A DNA stretch of 64,000 bases from Dehalococcoidia bacterium (GTDB lineage: Bacteria > Chloroflexota > Dehalococcoidia > Lucifugimonadales > UBA3495). The stretch is taken from NCBI GenBank assembly GCA_022827095.1, contig JAJDTP010000012.1, positions 31,057 to 95,056 of the forward strand. Direction: 5' to 3'. The translations under genes and the position numbers were made by a program. A model generated the notes under the pieces. The model made no database searches. It saw only the letters and a list, made by a program, of their open reading frames with translations, and was not told the DNA's origin. Shown one piece after another: positions 26,138 to 35,394 of this stretch (the first letter of the stretch is position 1; each line of letters opens with the position of its first letter).

Positions 26138-27052
26138 TTGGTAGGCATGGGTGTAGATGCCGCCGCGGAGAGGGATGCCGCAGTCCGGGATGGCCGGTGT
26201 CCCGAACGCCTGTGGCCGCTGTGGCCCCTTGCCGGTCATGACGGTGTGTTGTGGAAACTGCTCGTCGAGGATCAACGCGTCGAGCGGTTTTCAGTCTACG
26301 GCCTGTTCCCGACGTCGTACGACGTGGTTTACGGCCCAGAGTCGGCCGATGTAGACATTCGTCACGACGGGCGCACACGAGGGCGCGTGGCAATCATCAC
26401 CGGTCGGCTCCGGGGCCAAGTCGTTGGCATGGTGATCAAGCCATGTCAGAGCCCCGGCGAGACTGAGATCGCAGGGATTGCCGGCGACCTCGGATTGGGA
26501 CCAAGGCAGTTGCCGAGCATCGACGGTTTTCTTACCGAAGAGTTCGTACACGGCCCTTTCCTGACCGATCTGAACCCGGAAGAGGCCACGGCCGAGCGGA
26601 TGCACGGCATTGGGCACGAACTGGGAATCGGACTGTCGCGATTGCACGCCGCCGGCATTTGCTACAACGACGCCATGGTCTCCGACCCGGAAGGAAGGTC
26701 CCATACCATTCTGCGGGCGAACGGCAGTATCCGCCTGATCGATTTCGGCGTGTCGCTGCTGCTGCGCGATCATCCGACGAACCTGACGTTCCACGACGCT
26801 TACAACGCCGCTCGCACTGATCCCATGTTCCGGCTGTTCCGAAGGATGACCCCGGACGCCGATCCGGAGGCTTTGGGCAGGTTTATCAACGACTACGGCG
26901 GACGGCTAGCGCAGCAATCGGTTGAGGAGATCCAGTCCCGGGACTGGCGGATAGCCGAAGAAGGGGCCTCCGTCATGGGTGGTATGTACGGTTCCGTGGC
27001 CGCTGACGCATTGCGGGCCGGAATCGCGGCCGGGAAGTCAGCGGACGAATAG
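26138..27052 (+). CDS. atypical small protein-kinase-fold protein (RIO/Bud32/Kdo-kinase-like)
   Basis: It has a VGMVIK Lys motif, a LHAAGICYNDAMVSD catalytic-loop region and IRLIDFGVS (DFG). The start is uncertain (TTG 26138 or ATG 26147). Confidence 0.55.
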   Translation: MVGMGVDAAAERDAAVRDGRCPERLWPLWPLAGHDGVLWKLLVEDQRVERFSVYGLFPTSYDVVYGPESADVDIRHDGRTRGRVAIITGRLRGQVVGMVIKPCQSPGETEIAGIAGDLGLGPRQLPSIDGFLTEEFVHGPFLTDLNPEEATAERMHGIGHELGIGLSRLHAAGICYNDAMVSDPEGRSHTILRANGSIRLIDFGVSLLLRDHPTNLTFHDAYNAARTDPMFRLFRRMTPDADPEALGRFINDYGGRLAQQSVEEIQSRDWRIAEEGASVMGGMYGSVAADALRAGIAAGKSADE

Positions 27053-27412
27053 TCCGTGCCGTTGGCACCAAATAAAAACTCGTCACTACAGACTGGTCGG
27101 CGCTTGAGCTCGCGTGGTCGCTGCCGGGCCGGCCCACACGTGCGCCACACTACAGTCCGGGCTCACCCCGCCCAGCGGTCTGATGGAACATCTGTGATAT
27201 TGTTGACCGTCCCAAATGTAAGGATCAACAAGAAAATCACAAAAATAGACAAAATCTGGTAGTCTGGGCGCGTGTATCTTGATTACGCAACGTGGTTAAA
27301 ATAACCGCGGCCGACGGCGAGGCGTGAGGGGTGTGAAGTGGGGAAGGCGAAGCGCTTCGCGGCCGGCTTTTTGTGTGCATAGCCCGGGGATACCGGCTTG
27401 GGACCACCAGGA

Positions 27413-28090
27413 ATGAAGAAACTGATCGCGGTCGGAATCTCCGGAGTGGTGGCATTGTCCCTGTTGTTCGTTGCGGGGTGGATGGTTTTCGCCGGCGGCG
27501 CCGGTGAACAGGAGCCCGATGGGGTCCAGATAATTGTGCCAGCAGAGACCTCTGAGCCCGGCGCAGTTGGATCGCCCGGGGACATTACCCCAGCGCCGAT
27601 GCCATCTCCGACGGTCCTTCCGGAGGAGATCACCGTGTACATCACCGGGGAAGTGGTCAACCCGGGCGTGTACTCGGTGGCCAGGGGCGAACGGCTGGAT
27701 GTCGTATTACAGCTTGCCGGTGGACCCACAGATGACGCCGATCTGGATCGGATCAACCTGGCGGCCTACGCTACCGATGCTGCCCACTACACCATCCCCG
27801 CTGCCGGTGAGCCTGTTCGACCTGGTGAACCTTTGGGCGATGGATCGACGCCGAACGCCAACGAAGCGGGCCAGTCCGACAGTTGCCAGTCGCCGGTGAA
27901 CATCAACACGGCCAGCGTCCAGTGCCTGGAGACCCTCCCAGGCATTGGTGGCGTGCGAGCGGAGTCGATCGTTGCCCACCGGGAGCAGGAAGGACTATTC
28001 GCCAACCCCGAGGCGATTACGGACGTCTCAGGTATCGGCGAGGGCATTTTCCGGCGGATCGCCGAACTGATCACGGTTGACCCTCACTGA
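27413..28090 (+). CDS. comEA: ComEA-type DNA receptor (SLBB + helix-hairpin-helix)
   Basis: It has an N-terminal TM anchor, then VYITGEVVNPGVY (SLBB) and VNINTAS...LETLPGIGGVRAESIV...ITDVSGIGEGIF (two HhH motifs). Confidence 0.85.
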   Translation: MKKLIAVGISGVVALSLLFVAGWMVFAGGAGEQEPDGVQIIVPAETSEPGAVGSPGDITPAPMPSPTVLPEEITVYITGEVVNPGVYSVARGERLDVVLQLAGGPTDDADLDRINLAAYATDAAHYTIPAAGEPVRPGEPLGDGSTPNANEAGQSDSCQSPVNINTASVQCLETLPGIGGVRAESIVAHREQEGLFANPEAITDVSGIGEGIFRRIAELITVDPH

Positions 28091-28180
28091 GCGTGTTCGC
28101 CCTTCGGCGTTCGCAGTTAAGCGTTTGTCCGATCCGGCTAGCTGGACCACGCGGCAAGGTCACCACGATACCGACTGGAG

Positions 28181-30646
28181 ATGCGGACATTCCCTGAGCT
28201 TGCCGTCGTAGCAGCGATCGTCGGCGTGGGTCTAACGCTCTGGTTCGGTACCGCCCTGGGTTCGCCGTGGCCGCTTTTGATGCTGGGTATGGCGGCGGTT
28301 GCGGTGGCCGTCGGCCTGAAAGTAACGGGGATTCCCGCCGCGCCGGTGGTTTTAGCCGCTGCGTTGATATTGGGAGCCTGGCGTGGCGAGTTGGTCGACG
28401 GTACATCCGTCCCCGTGGTACCGGAGGGCCCGGCCGCCGTCACGATAATCGTCGCCGACGCGCCAACCGCTTCAGGGAGCCGGGTTCGCTTCCGCGGGCA
28501 AGTGGTCACCGATCCGACGCGAGACCCGGGCAGCGTTCCCGTTGGAACCGGGCTGCTGGTGTACGCCTTGCCTCCGCCTGACCTTGCGACACTGCGTGGC
28601 GCACCCCATGTTCGCTACGGGGACACGCTGCGTCTTGCCGGCAGTTTGGAAAAGCCTGATCCCATCGGAGACTTCGATTACGCCGCATGGTTGGCGGCGC
28701 AGGGGATTACCGGCGTTTTGTGGGCGCGGGAAACGGAAACGGTGTCCACGGGTGACGGCAATTGGGCGACCGCCGCGCTGCACCGGTTTCGTGGACTCCT
28801 GGCGTCGGGCCTGCAGCGAGCCATGCCAGCCCCGGAATCCGGATTAGCGCAGGCTCTGCTCCTTGGCATTCGAACCGAACTGCCAACCGGAGTGAAAGCA
28901 TCGTTTCGAAACGCAGGCATGTCCCATCTGCTGGCCATTTCGGGGTTGCACGTCGGAATAGTGCTGGCCCTGGCGTTGGGCATCGGATCGGCGATATTGG
29001 GAAATGGAAATCCGGTGGTGATATTTGCCGCTATGGCGGTCGTTTGGGCTTACGCGCTCGTGTCCGGGCTGGACCCACCGGTGGTGCGAGCGGCGATCAT
29101 GGGTAGCCTGGCTTTGGTTCAGGGGCTGACAGGTCGCGGGATGCGAGGGCTGACTGAGCTGGTGCTCGCAGGCGGGGTCATGGTGTGTGTCGATCCCGCC
29201 CTGCTGACCAGTCTTTCGTTTCAACTCAGTTTCACGGCGATGGCCGGGGTGATTGCCGGTCTGCCTTTGATCACGCTCTTGTCGGGCGCCGTCGCGGCGA
29301 TTTCAGGCGGTTCGAACGCCTGGGTCTCACGATGGCTGCAATATGGCATGACGTTGTTGATCGCCTCTGTCGTAATTTCCACAACAACCACGCTGGCCAC
29401 CGTTCCGCTGATCGCAATGCATTTCGGAGAGATCCCGGTCATGAGTGTGCCGGCGACCATACTGGCCATGCCGGCCATGCCCATGGCGTTGGTGAGCGCT
29501 GCTGCGACGGCTGCGGCCGGCGTCGTGGCGCCATGGTTGGCGCAAGCAATGGGCTTGCTGGCCTGGGCGCCGGTTGCGTGGATCATTCAGGTGGCGGAGG
29601 CGATGCCGCCGGTGATGGCTCCAGCCGATTGGGTAACACCCACCGTCGCAGTGGCCTGGTACACGGGCTTGACCCTGCTGGCATTGCTGATGGCATCTCG
29701 GCGGGCGCGCCGGTTGGCTTCCGCGTGGCGACGCGGACCGAGGTGGCGGCCCAGCGGAGTCGTCGGCTTAGTGGTGGGGGTAGCGCCGGTTGCCGGCCTG
29801 TGCGCCATTCTGCTGCTGGGTCAGCTGTCAGCGACGCGCGCGGATGGGATGCTCCACGTTCACGTGCTGGACGTGGGGCAGGGCGATGCCATCCTGGTGG
29901 TGACCCCGCAGGGTCGACAAGCGTTGATTGACGGCGGACCGGATCCCAAGGTCACGTTGGTCGAGTTGGGCCAGCGTCTGCCCCCGGGCGACCGGAGTCT
30001 GGACTTGGTGGTGGTGACTCATCTGGACAGCGACCACGCCGGAGGCTTGATCGGTGTTCTCGACCGCTACGACGCCGAGATAATCATGCAGGGACCGATA
30101 TCCTCGGAGTCCGCGTTGTTTCACCAGTGGGAAGCCGTGCTCGATCAGCGTGAATACCGTGCTGTGCAGGTCCAGGCCGGTCATCGCATTCAATTGGACT
30201 CGGGTGTCATGATGGAAGTTGTGTATCCCCCGCCGGGCAAAGTTTCGTCGCGAATCGATCGCAACACCAACAACCTGAGTGTCGTCATCCGCGTGACCTA
30301 TGGCGAGGTATCTTTCTTGCTGACCGGGGACGTCGAACAGGATGTGGAGAGGTATTTGGTGGACACCGTGGGTGCAGGACTTCACTCCCACGTGCTCAAG
30401 GTGGCCCACCATGGCAGCAACTCATCGACGTCGGTTCCGTTCCTCCGGACGGTCGGCCCAGACTCCGCCGTCATTTCCGCCGGACGCGAGAACCGCTACG
30501 GACACCCGCATCCGGACGTCATAGATCGACTTGGGACAACGATCGGCGATGAGAGCGTGTTCATCACCGCTCGCGACGGCACGGTAGAGTACGTCACCGA
30601 CGGCGCGGCGTTGTGGGTAAAGACGGATTCAAACTCACCTCCTTGA
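28181..30646 (+). CDS. comEC: DNA internalisation competence protein ComEC/Rec2 with C-terminal MBL domain
   Basis: It has a polytopic competence domain (GMSHLLAISGLHVG) and an MBL module (HVLDVGQGDAILV, VVTHLDSDHAGG, KVAHHGS). Confidence 0.9.
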   Translation: MRTFPELAVVAAIVGVGLTLWFGTALGSPWPLLMLGMAAVAVAVGLKVTGIPAAPVVLAAALILGAWRGELVDGTSVPVVPEGPAAVTIIVADAPTASGSRVRFRGQVVTDPTRDPGSVPVGTGLLVYALPPPDLATLRGAPHVRYGDTLRLAGSLEKPDPIGDFDYAAWLAAQGITGVLWARETETVSTGDGNWATAALHRFRGLLASGLQRAMPAPESGLAQALLLGIRTELPTGVKASFRNAGMSHLLAISGLHVGIVLALALGIGSAILGNGNPVVIFAAMAVVWAYALVSGLDPPVVRAAIMGSLALVQGLTGRGMRGLTELVLAGGVMVCVDPALLTSLSFQLSFTAMAGVIAGLPLITLLSGAVAAISGGSNAWVSRWLQYGMTLLIASVVISTTTTLATVPLIAMHFGEIPVMSVPATILAMPAMPMALVSAAATAAAGVVAPWLAQAMGLLAWAPVAWIIQVAEAMPPVMAPADWVTPTVAVAWYTGLTLLALLMASRRARRLASAWRRGPRWRPSGVVGLVVGVAPVAGLCAILLLGQLSATRADGMLHVHVLDVGQGDAILVVTPQGRQALIDGGPDPKVTLVELGQRLPPGDRSLDLVVVTHLDSDHAGGLIGVLDRYDAEIIMQGPISSESALFHQWEAVLDQREYRAVQVQAGHRIQLDSGVMMEVVYPPPGKVSSRIDRNTNNLSVVIRVTYGEVSFLLTGDVEQDVERYLVDTVGAGLHSHVLKVAHHGSNSSTSVPFLRTVGPDSAVISAGRENRYGHPHPDVIDRLGTTIGDESVFITARDGTVEYVTDGAALWVKTDSNSPP

Positions 30647-30702
30647 TCATCCACCGTCAAATTACTGGCGATAAGATTTGGGCACGATGCTATAATTTGC
30701 CC

Positions 30703-31431
30703 ATGGTGTCCATAGGTGTCTTTTCTGCACTTACCGACCCGGTCGTGGCAATTGATGGCCCCGTGGCGTCCGGGAAAAGCTCGGTGGGAAAAGCCGCGGC
30801 GCGGATAGTCGGATTGCGATTCCTGGACACGGGCATAATGTATCGCGCCGTGACATGGCTGGCCTTGCACCGTGGGATCGCTCCCACCGACGCCGGCGCG
30901 GTCGCCGAATTGGCCGAGCGCTGCCGGATGGAACTGCCGCAGGAAGACGAGATCGGTACATCCATTTTGGTTGATGGTGAGCCGCTGGGGGACGAACTGG
31001 TTACCGCTGCGGTGGACAGCAACGTGTCGGCGGTTTCGGCAGTGCCCGCCGTCCGGGTCGAACTGGTTAAACAACAAAGGGACATTGCCAGGTCCGGGGG
31101 GATGGTTATGGCCGGCAGGGATATCGGGTCCGTCGTGTTGCCCGAAGCAGACCTGAAGCTCTACATTGATGCTGCGCCGGAGGAACGGGCTCGGCGGCGC
31201 CACTCCCAGATCATCTCGACAGATCCCGGGGTTCCTTACGAGCAGGTGTTGGCCGACACATTGCGCAGGGACCGTATGGATATGGAGCGCGCCGACTCCC
31301 CTTTGGTCATCGCCGCCGATGCCGTGGTCATGCGGACGGATGGCATGGACTTTGACCAGACAGTGTCCGTCGTAGTGGAGGCCATCCGGTCCGTCGCGGG
31401 CAGTGGTCGGGCAATGGAACAGCGCAGGTAA
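30703..31431 (+). CDS. cmk: cytidylate kinase
   Basis: It has VAIDGPVASGKSSVGK (P-loop), FLDTGIMYRAVT and GRDIGSVVLP. Confidence 0.9.
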   Translation: MVSIGVFSALTDPVVAIDGPVASGKSSVGKAAARIVGLRFLDTGIMYRAVTWLALHRGIAPTDAGAVAELAERCRMELPQEDEIGTSILVDGEPLGDELVTAAVDSNVSAVSAVPAVRVELVKQQRDIARSGGMVMAGRDIGSVVLPEADLKLYIDAAPEERARRRHSQIISTDPGVPYEQVLADTLRRDRMDMERADSPLVIAADAVVMRTDGMDFDQTVSVVVEAIRSVAGSGRAMEQRR

Positions 31432-31436
31432 TCGCC

Positions 31437-32108
31437 ATGGCATGGCTTTATCAGCCCAGCAAGTGCTTCGGGCAGATCATCTGGAGCATCACCGGCCGGT
31501 TGACGATTACCGGCCAGGAGGCGATGCCTCCCTACGGCCCGCTGCTGGTGGCCAGCAACCATCTTTCGCTGAACGATGCGGGAACGTTGGTTGTGGCGTT
31601 GCCTCGCCAGATCATCTTCCTCGCCAAGAAGGAACTGTGGGAAAAGCCCATCGGACGGTTTTACTGTGACGCGGTTGGGGCAGTGCCCTTAGACCGTCAA
31701 CGCGGAGGTGGTGGCGCCCTGCGCTATGCGTTAGGGGCGTTGCAGGAAGACAAGGCCATCCTCATGTTCCCGGAGGGGAGCATCAGCCCCACCGGTCAGC
31801 TGCAGCGGGCCAAGACTGGCCTGGCCTGGCTGGCATTGAAGACCCAAGCTCCCATATTGCCGGTGGGGATCGCCGGCTCTGAAAAGTTTGCATCCTGGCA
31901 CATGCCGGTGCCACTGGCCAGCTGGCAGGTGAACATAGGAACTCCGTTCACGCCGCCGCAGGTGGACGGCCCGATCACCGACGCGCTGCTGCGCTCGGTG
32001 ACGGACATGGTGATGGAGCGGATCGCCGTCTTGTTACCGGAGTCGTATCGCGGCGTATATGCCCAGAACCTCCAGCCTCGCACGGTCGAAATCCGGCAGG
32101 GTGGCTAA
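31437..32108 (+). CDS. plsC: 1-acyl-sn-glycerol-3-phosphate acyltransferase
   Basis: It has NHLSLNDA (the HX4D motif) and FPEGSISPTG. Confidence 0.85.
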   Translation: MAWLYQPSKCFGQIIWSITGRLTITGQEAMPPYGPLLVASNHLSLNDAGTLVVALPRQIIFLAKKELWEKPIGRFYCDAVGAVPLDRQRGGGGALRYALGALQEDKAILMFPEGSISPTGQLQRAKTGLAWLALKTQAPILPVGIAGSEKFASWHMPVPLASWQVNIGTPFTPPQVDGPITDALLRSVTDMVMERIAVLLPESYRGVYAQNLQPRTVEIRQGG

Positions 32109-32128
32109 ACGACGGGCGGCAGGCCTAG

Positions 32129-33040
32129 CTAGCGGCGTGGCACCACCACGGCGTCTCGCTCACGCGGCTGTTCGTAGTCTATTGATTCTTCGTCGAGGAT
32201 GCGTTCCAACTCCGCGGCGCGCATGTTGATGGTATCCATGATCGCGGGCGGAATACCGGCATGCTCGTTCACGTAATTGGTCAGGAGCTCCAGTTCGTCA
32301 AACCCCTGGAAACAGTCAACTGCGCCGCGCAAAGAAGACGAGAAGTACTGTGTGTCGTGGCCGACGCCGCGACCTACTGAGAAGTGATAAACATACTTCA
32401 GGTTGTCTTTCAGGAACTTCACCACCGGAAAGAAATCGCTGCCGCCGGAAACCAGGACCGCCGCGTCGAAGCTGTCCATCTTAGAGATCATGTCCACGGC
32501 GATGCCGATATCGACCCCTTTCTCTCCAACCTGGGTGCCCTGGAAGTTTATGTTTCCATCGTAATCGTATTCCAGGCGATATGGCCGGAACGGCTGCACC
32601 ACGTATTGACCAACGTACCTGAATTCCAGGAAATTGGTGTTTTGCTGGATTTCCTCGAACACCGATTTCCGCAACTGGTGGAATCGGCGGAATTCGTGCT
32701 CGTACCAGTCCTGCGCCTTCTGGATTACTAGGTCCGTGGTGAGTTCCGGTATCCGCATGCCGTAGTCGTCGACGATGCGTTGGGCACGCCACAAGTTGGG
32801 TGACCACGGCGTGATGTTTTCCGCGTAGTACCAGTAAACCCTGGCCAGTTGATGCTGCCACCCGGTTACATAATCGAACTTCGCCAACGCATCCTGGAAA
32901 AACTCCTGCCACCGGAAATGTTTTTCATCCAGGCGGTATTCCGGATTGTTTGGATGTGGCGGATCAGAACGAAAATGGAAGTCCCTAAGGTTGTGGCGGA
33001 AGTTCTGTCCGTCCACAAAAACAACGGTCTTCAAAGCCAT
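32129..33040 (-). CDS. NYN/LabA-like (PIN-related) nuclease-domain protein, long form
   Basis: It has VVFVDGQNF, GEKGVDIGIAVDM and AAVLVSGGSDFFPVV. An AGGAG SD lies 7 nt before ATG 33040. The gene is visibly A/T richer than its flanks. Confidence 0.75.
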   Translation of the reverse strand: MALKTVVFVDGQNFRHNLRDFHFRSDPPHPNNPEYRLDEKHFRWQEFFQDALAKFDYVTGWQHQLARVYWYYAENITPWSPNLWRAQRIVDDYGMRIPELTTDLVIQKAQDWYEHEFRRFHQLRKSVFEEIQQNTNFLEFRYVGQYVVQPFRPYRLEYDYDGNINFQGTQVGEKGVDIGIAVDMISKMDSFDAAVLVSGGSDFFPVVKFLKDNLKYVYHFSVGRGVGHDTQYFSSSLRGAVDCFQGFDELELLTNYVNEHAGIPPAIMDTINMRAAELERILDEESIDYEQPRERDAVVVPRR

Positions 33041-33182
33041 TTCGGTACTCCTTGTCATTACAAGGCTGGACATAAACTGGGGAAACGACGGCCTATGGCC
33101 AATGAAATATATGCGAGGCTAAGGGTGAGCGAGCCGTGTGTGAAACGTCTTCGTTAGCCCCCAATCGAATGCGCCGGTCTGT

Positions 33183-34085
33183 TCAGTCGGCCGGCGCAGC
33201 AATATCGATCTCGTATCGGTCCAGCAGTTCGTCCAGTTGTTCCGCCGTGCGATCGTCAGGTGGAACCAGCGGCAAACGGGGGTCACCAACATCAAAGCCG
33301 ACGCGGTTCAAACCGTATTTGACCGGGATTGGGTTGGAGACGATGAACAGCCCTTTGAACATGTCCAGCAGGCGCAGGTGCTCGGTGCCGGCAGCTTCCA
33401 CGTCGCCTTCCAGGACCAGGCCCATCATCTGCCTGATTTGGGCGCCCACCAGGTGAGCGGCTACGCTGACCACGCCGTACCCTCCCATTGACATGATCGG
33501 GAAGGTTTCGTCGTCGTTGCCGGACCAGACGCGGAAGTCATCGGGCGTGTCGCGGATGACTTTTGCGATCTGAACCGGATCGCTGCTGGCTTCCTTGATG
33601 CCGATGATGTTCTCGATCTGGGAGAGCCGCACCGTGGTGTCATTGGTCATGTTCAGGCTGGTTCGGCTGGGAACGTTGTACAACATGCCGGGGAGGTTCG
33701 TACATTCCGCCAGTGCGCGGAAATGTTGGAACAGGCCTTCCTGAGGGGGCTTGTTGTAAGCCGGCACGGTAAGCAGCAGAGCATCGGCGCCCACTTGCTC
33801 CGCCTCGCGACTGAGTTCGATAGAAGCGGAGGTGTTATTGTCGCTGGTACCGGCAATCACCGCCCCGCGAGAGCCGATTGCATCCTTGACCTCGCCGTAG
33901 AGGCGAGCCTTTTCCTCCATGGACAACGCCGGACCCTCTCCAGTGGTGCCCGTAATCACGAGTCCGTCCGAACCGGAGTCCAAAAGGGCCAACGCAAGTC
34001 TCTTGGCTTGTTCGTAGTCAACCTGCCCGTCCGCGTCAAACGGCGTTACCATGGCGGTAATCAGCCGGCCAATTTCAGTCGGCAT
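33183..34085 (-). CDS. dapA: 4-hydroxy-tetrahydrodipicolinate synthase
   Basis: It has TAMVTPF, ITGTTGEGP and the Lys-containing IGIKEAS. Confidence 0.9.
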   Translation of the reverse strand: MPTEIGRLITAMVTPFDADGQVDYEQAKRLALALLDSGSDGLVITGTTGEGPALSMEEKARLYGEVKDAIGSRGAVIAGTSDNNTSASIELSREAEQVGADALLLTVPAYNKPPQEGLFQHFRALAECTNLPGMLYNVPSRTSLNMTNDTTVRLSQIENIIGIKEASSDPVQIAKVIRDTPDDFRVWSGNDDETFPIMSMGGYGVVSVAAHLVGAQIRQMMGLVLEGDVEAAGTEHLRLLDMFKGLFIVSNPIPVKYGLNRVGFDVGDPRLPLVPPDDRTAEQLDELLDRYEIDIAAPAD

Positions 34086-34172
34086 AATTTGGTCCCTCCT
34101 CGGTTGCTTTTGCTAGGCAGTTTGCATCATGCCCCATCATGTTGGATGGTAAGCGTTTCGAATGTTCCGCAC

Positions 34173-34200
34173 ATTATACACATCTAATATGCTATGGCAA
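34173..34200 (-). promoter_or_regulatory. sigma70-type promoter for dapA
   Basis: On the minus strand: TTGCCA, a 16-nt spacer, then TATAAT. It lies about 90 nt upstream of the dapA ATG. Confidence 0.5.
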
Positions 34201-34226
34201 ATGTTTTCTGTACAGCTGATTGTACG

Positions 34227-35261
34227 TTAGTTTTTCCGGCCGTGAACTGCCCGTCGGGCGACGGCTTCCTCGGCAATCTGCAGGGCATTGAGGGCCGCTC
34301 CCTTGACCAAATTGTCGGTGACCACCCACATGGCCAGACCGTTGGGATGAGACGCATCCTGGCGGATCCGCCCCACAAACACGTCGTCTGATCCGGCGGC
34401 GTCGATGGGCATGGGATAGACAGAATTACCCGGATCGTCGAGCACTGTTACGCCGGGCATTACGCTCAGCATCTCCCGAGCCTCTCCCGGAGACACCGGT
34501 TCGCAGAACTCCAGGTGTGTGGCCACGCAATGGGACACGAACACGGGCACGCGCACACAGGTTGCTGAAACCGCTATATCCGGCGCGTGCAGGATCTTGC
34601 GGCTCTCGTCAATCATCTTCTGTTCTTCGCGGGTGTATCCGGATTCGGTGAAGCTGTCGATTTGGGGGATAACGTTGAAGGCGATCTGCTTGGGCTGCGC
34701 TTCCGGCTCAGCCGGGCCGCCGTGCATGACGGTACGGGTCTGGTCTCGAAGTTCGTTCATGGCCGCACCGCCCGCGCCGGAAACCGACTGGTAAGTGTCG
34801 GCCACGATGCGACGTATGGGGCTGGCCTGGCGGAGCGGATGCACTACCATAACCAGCGGGGTGGTGGAACAGTTGGGGATGGACACGATGCCATCGTGCC
34901 AGTCCAGGTCTTCGCCGTTAACTTCTGGAACCACCAGGGGCACCGCCGGGTCCATGCGGAAAGCGCTGGAGTCGTCGATTACCAGCGCCCCCGCGTTTGA
35001 CGCCACCGGTCCGAATCTGCGCGAATCCTCGGTGCGCGCCGAAATGAAAGCGATGTCGACATCAGAGAAACTGTCATCGGTGGTTGCTTCCACCGTAAAC
35101 TCTTTGCCGTTTACCTCGAGCTTGCGACCCGCCGAACGCTTGGATGCCAGGAGCTTCAGGTTAGAGTGGTCCGGATATCGTGCCTCGATCAGCCGAATGG
35201 TCTCCTGTCCCACCGCGCCAGTGGCTCCAACGATCGCGAGTTTCAAACCCTGAAGGTCCAT
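34227..35261 (-). CDS. asd: aspartate-semialdehyde dehydrogenase
   Basis: It has IVGATGAVGQ and IPNCSTTP (active-site Cys). The length is 344 aa. Confidence 0.9.
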   Translation of the reverse strand: MDLQGLKLAIVGATGAVGQETIRLIEARYPDHSNLKLLASKRSAGRKLEVNGKEFTVEATTDDSFSDVDIAFISARTEDSRRFGPVASNAGALVIDDSSAFRMDPAVPLVVPEVNGEDLDWHDGIVSIPNCSTTPLVMVVHPLRQASPIRRIVADTYQSVSGAGGAAMNELRDQTRTVMHGGPAEPEAQPKQIAFNVIPQIDSFTESGYTREEQKMIDESRKILHAPDIAVSATCVRVPVFVSHCVATHLEFCEPVSPGEAREMLSVMPGVTVLDDPGNSVYPMPIDAAGSDDVFVGRIRQDASHPNGLAMWVVTDNLVKGAALNALQIAEEAVARRAVHGRKN

Positions 35262-35394
35262 GTTTGCCTGCCGTAATCAAATGTAAGGATTGCGAATTGG
35301 CGTGACCAAGTAGCCAACCCCATTCGTTTCCTTTATTCAGGGTACAACCAGCCGCCGTTTCCGTCCATCAAAATGTAGGTGGACGTGCGCGGGG

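Noticed and set aside
34086-34226. Possible lysine (L-box) riboswitch upstream of dapA
   Set aside because: The spacer is only ~140 nt, and about 55 nt of it lies upstream of the predicted promoter. No L-box-like conserved helices were seen.
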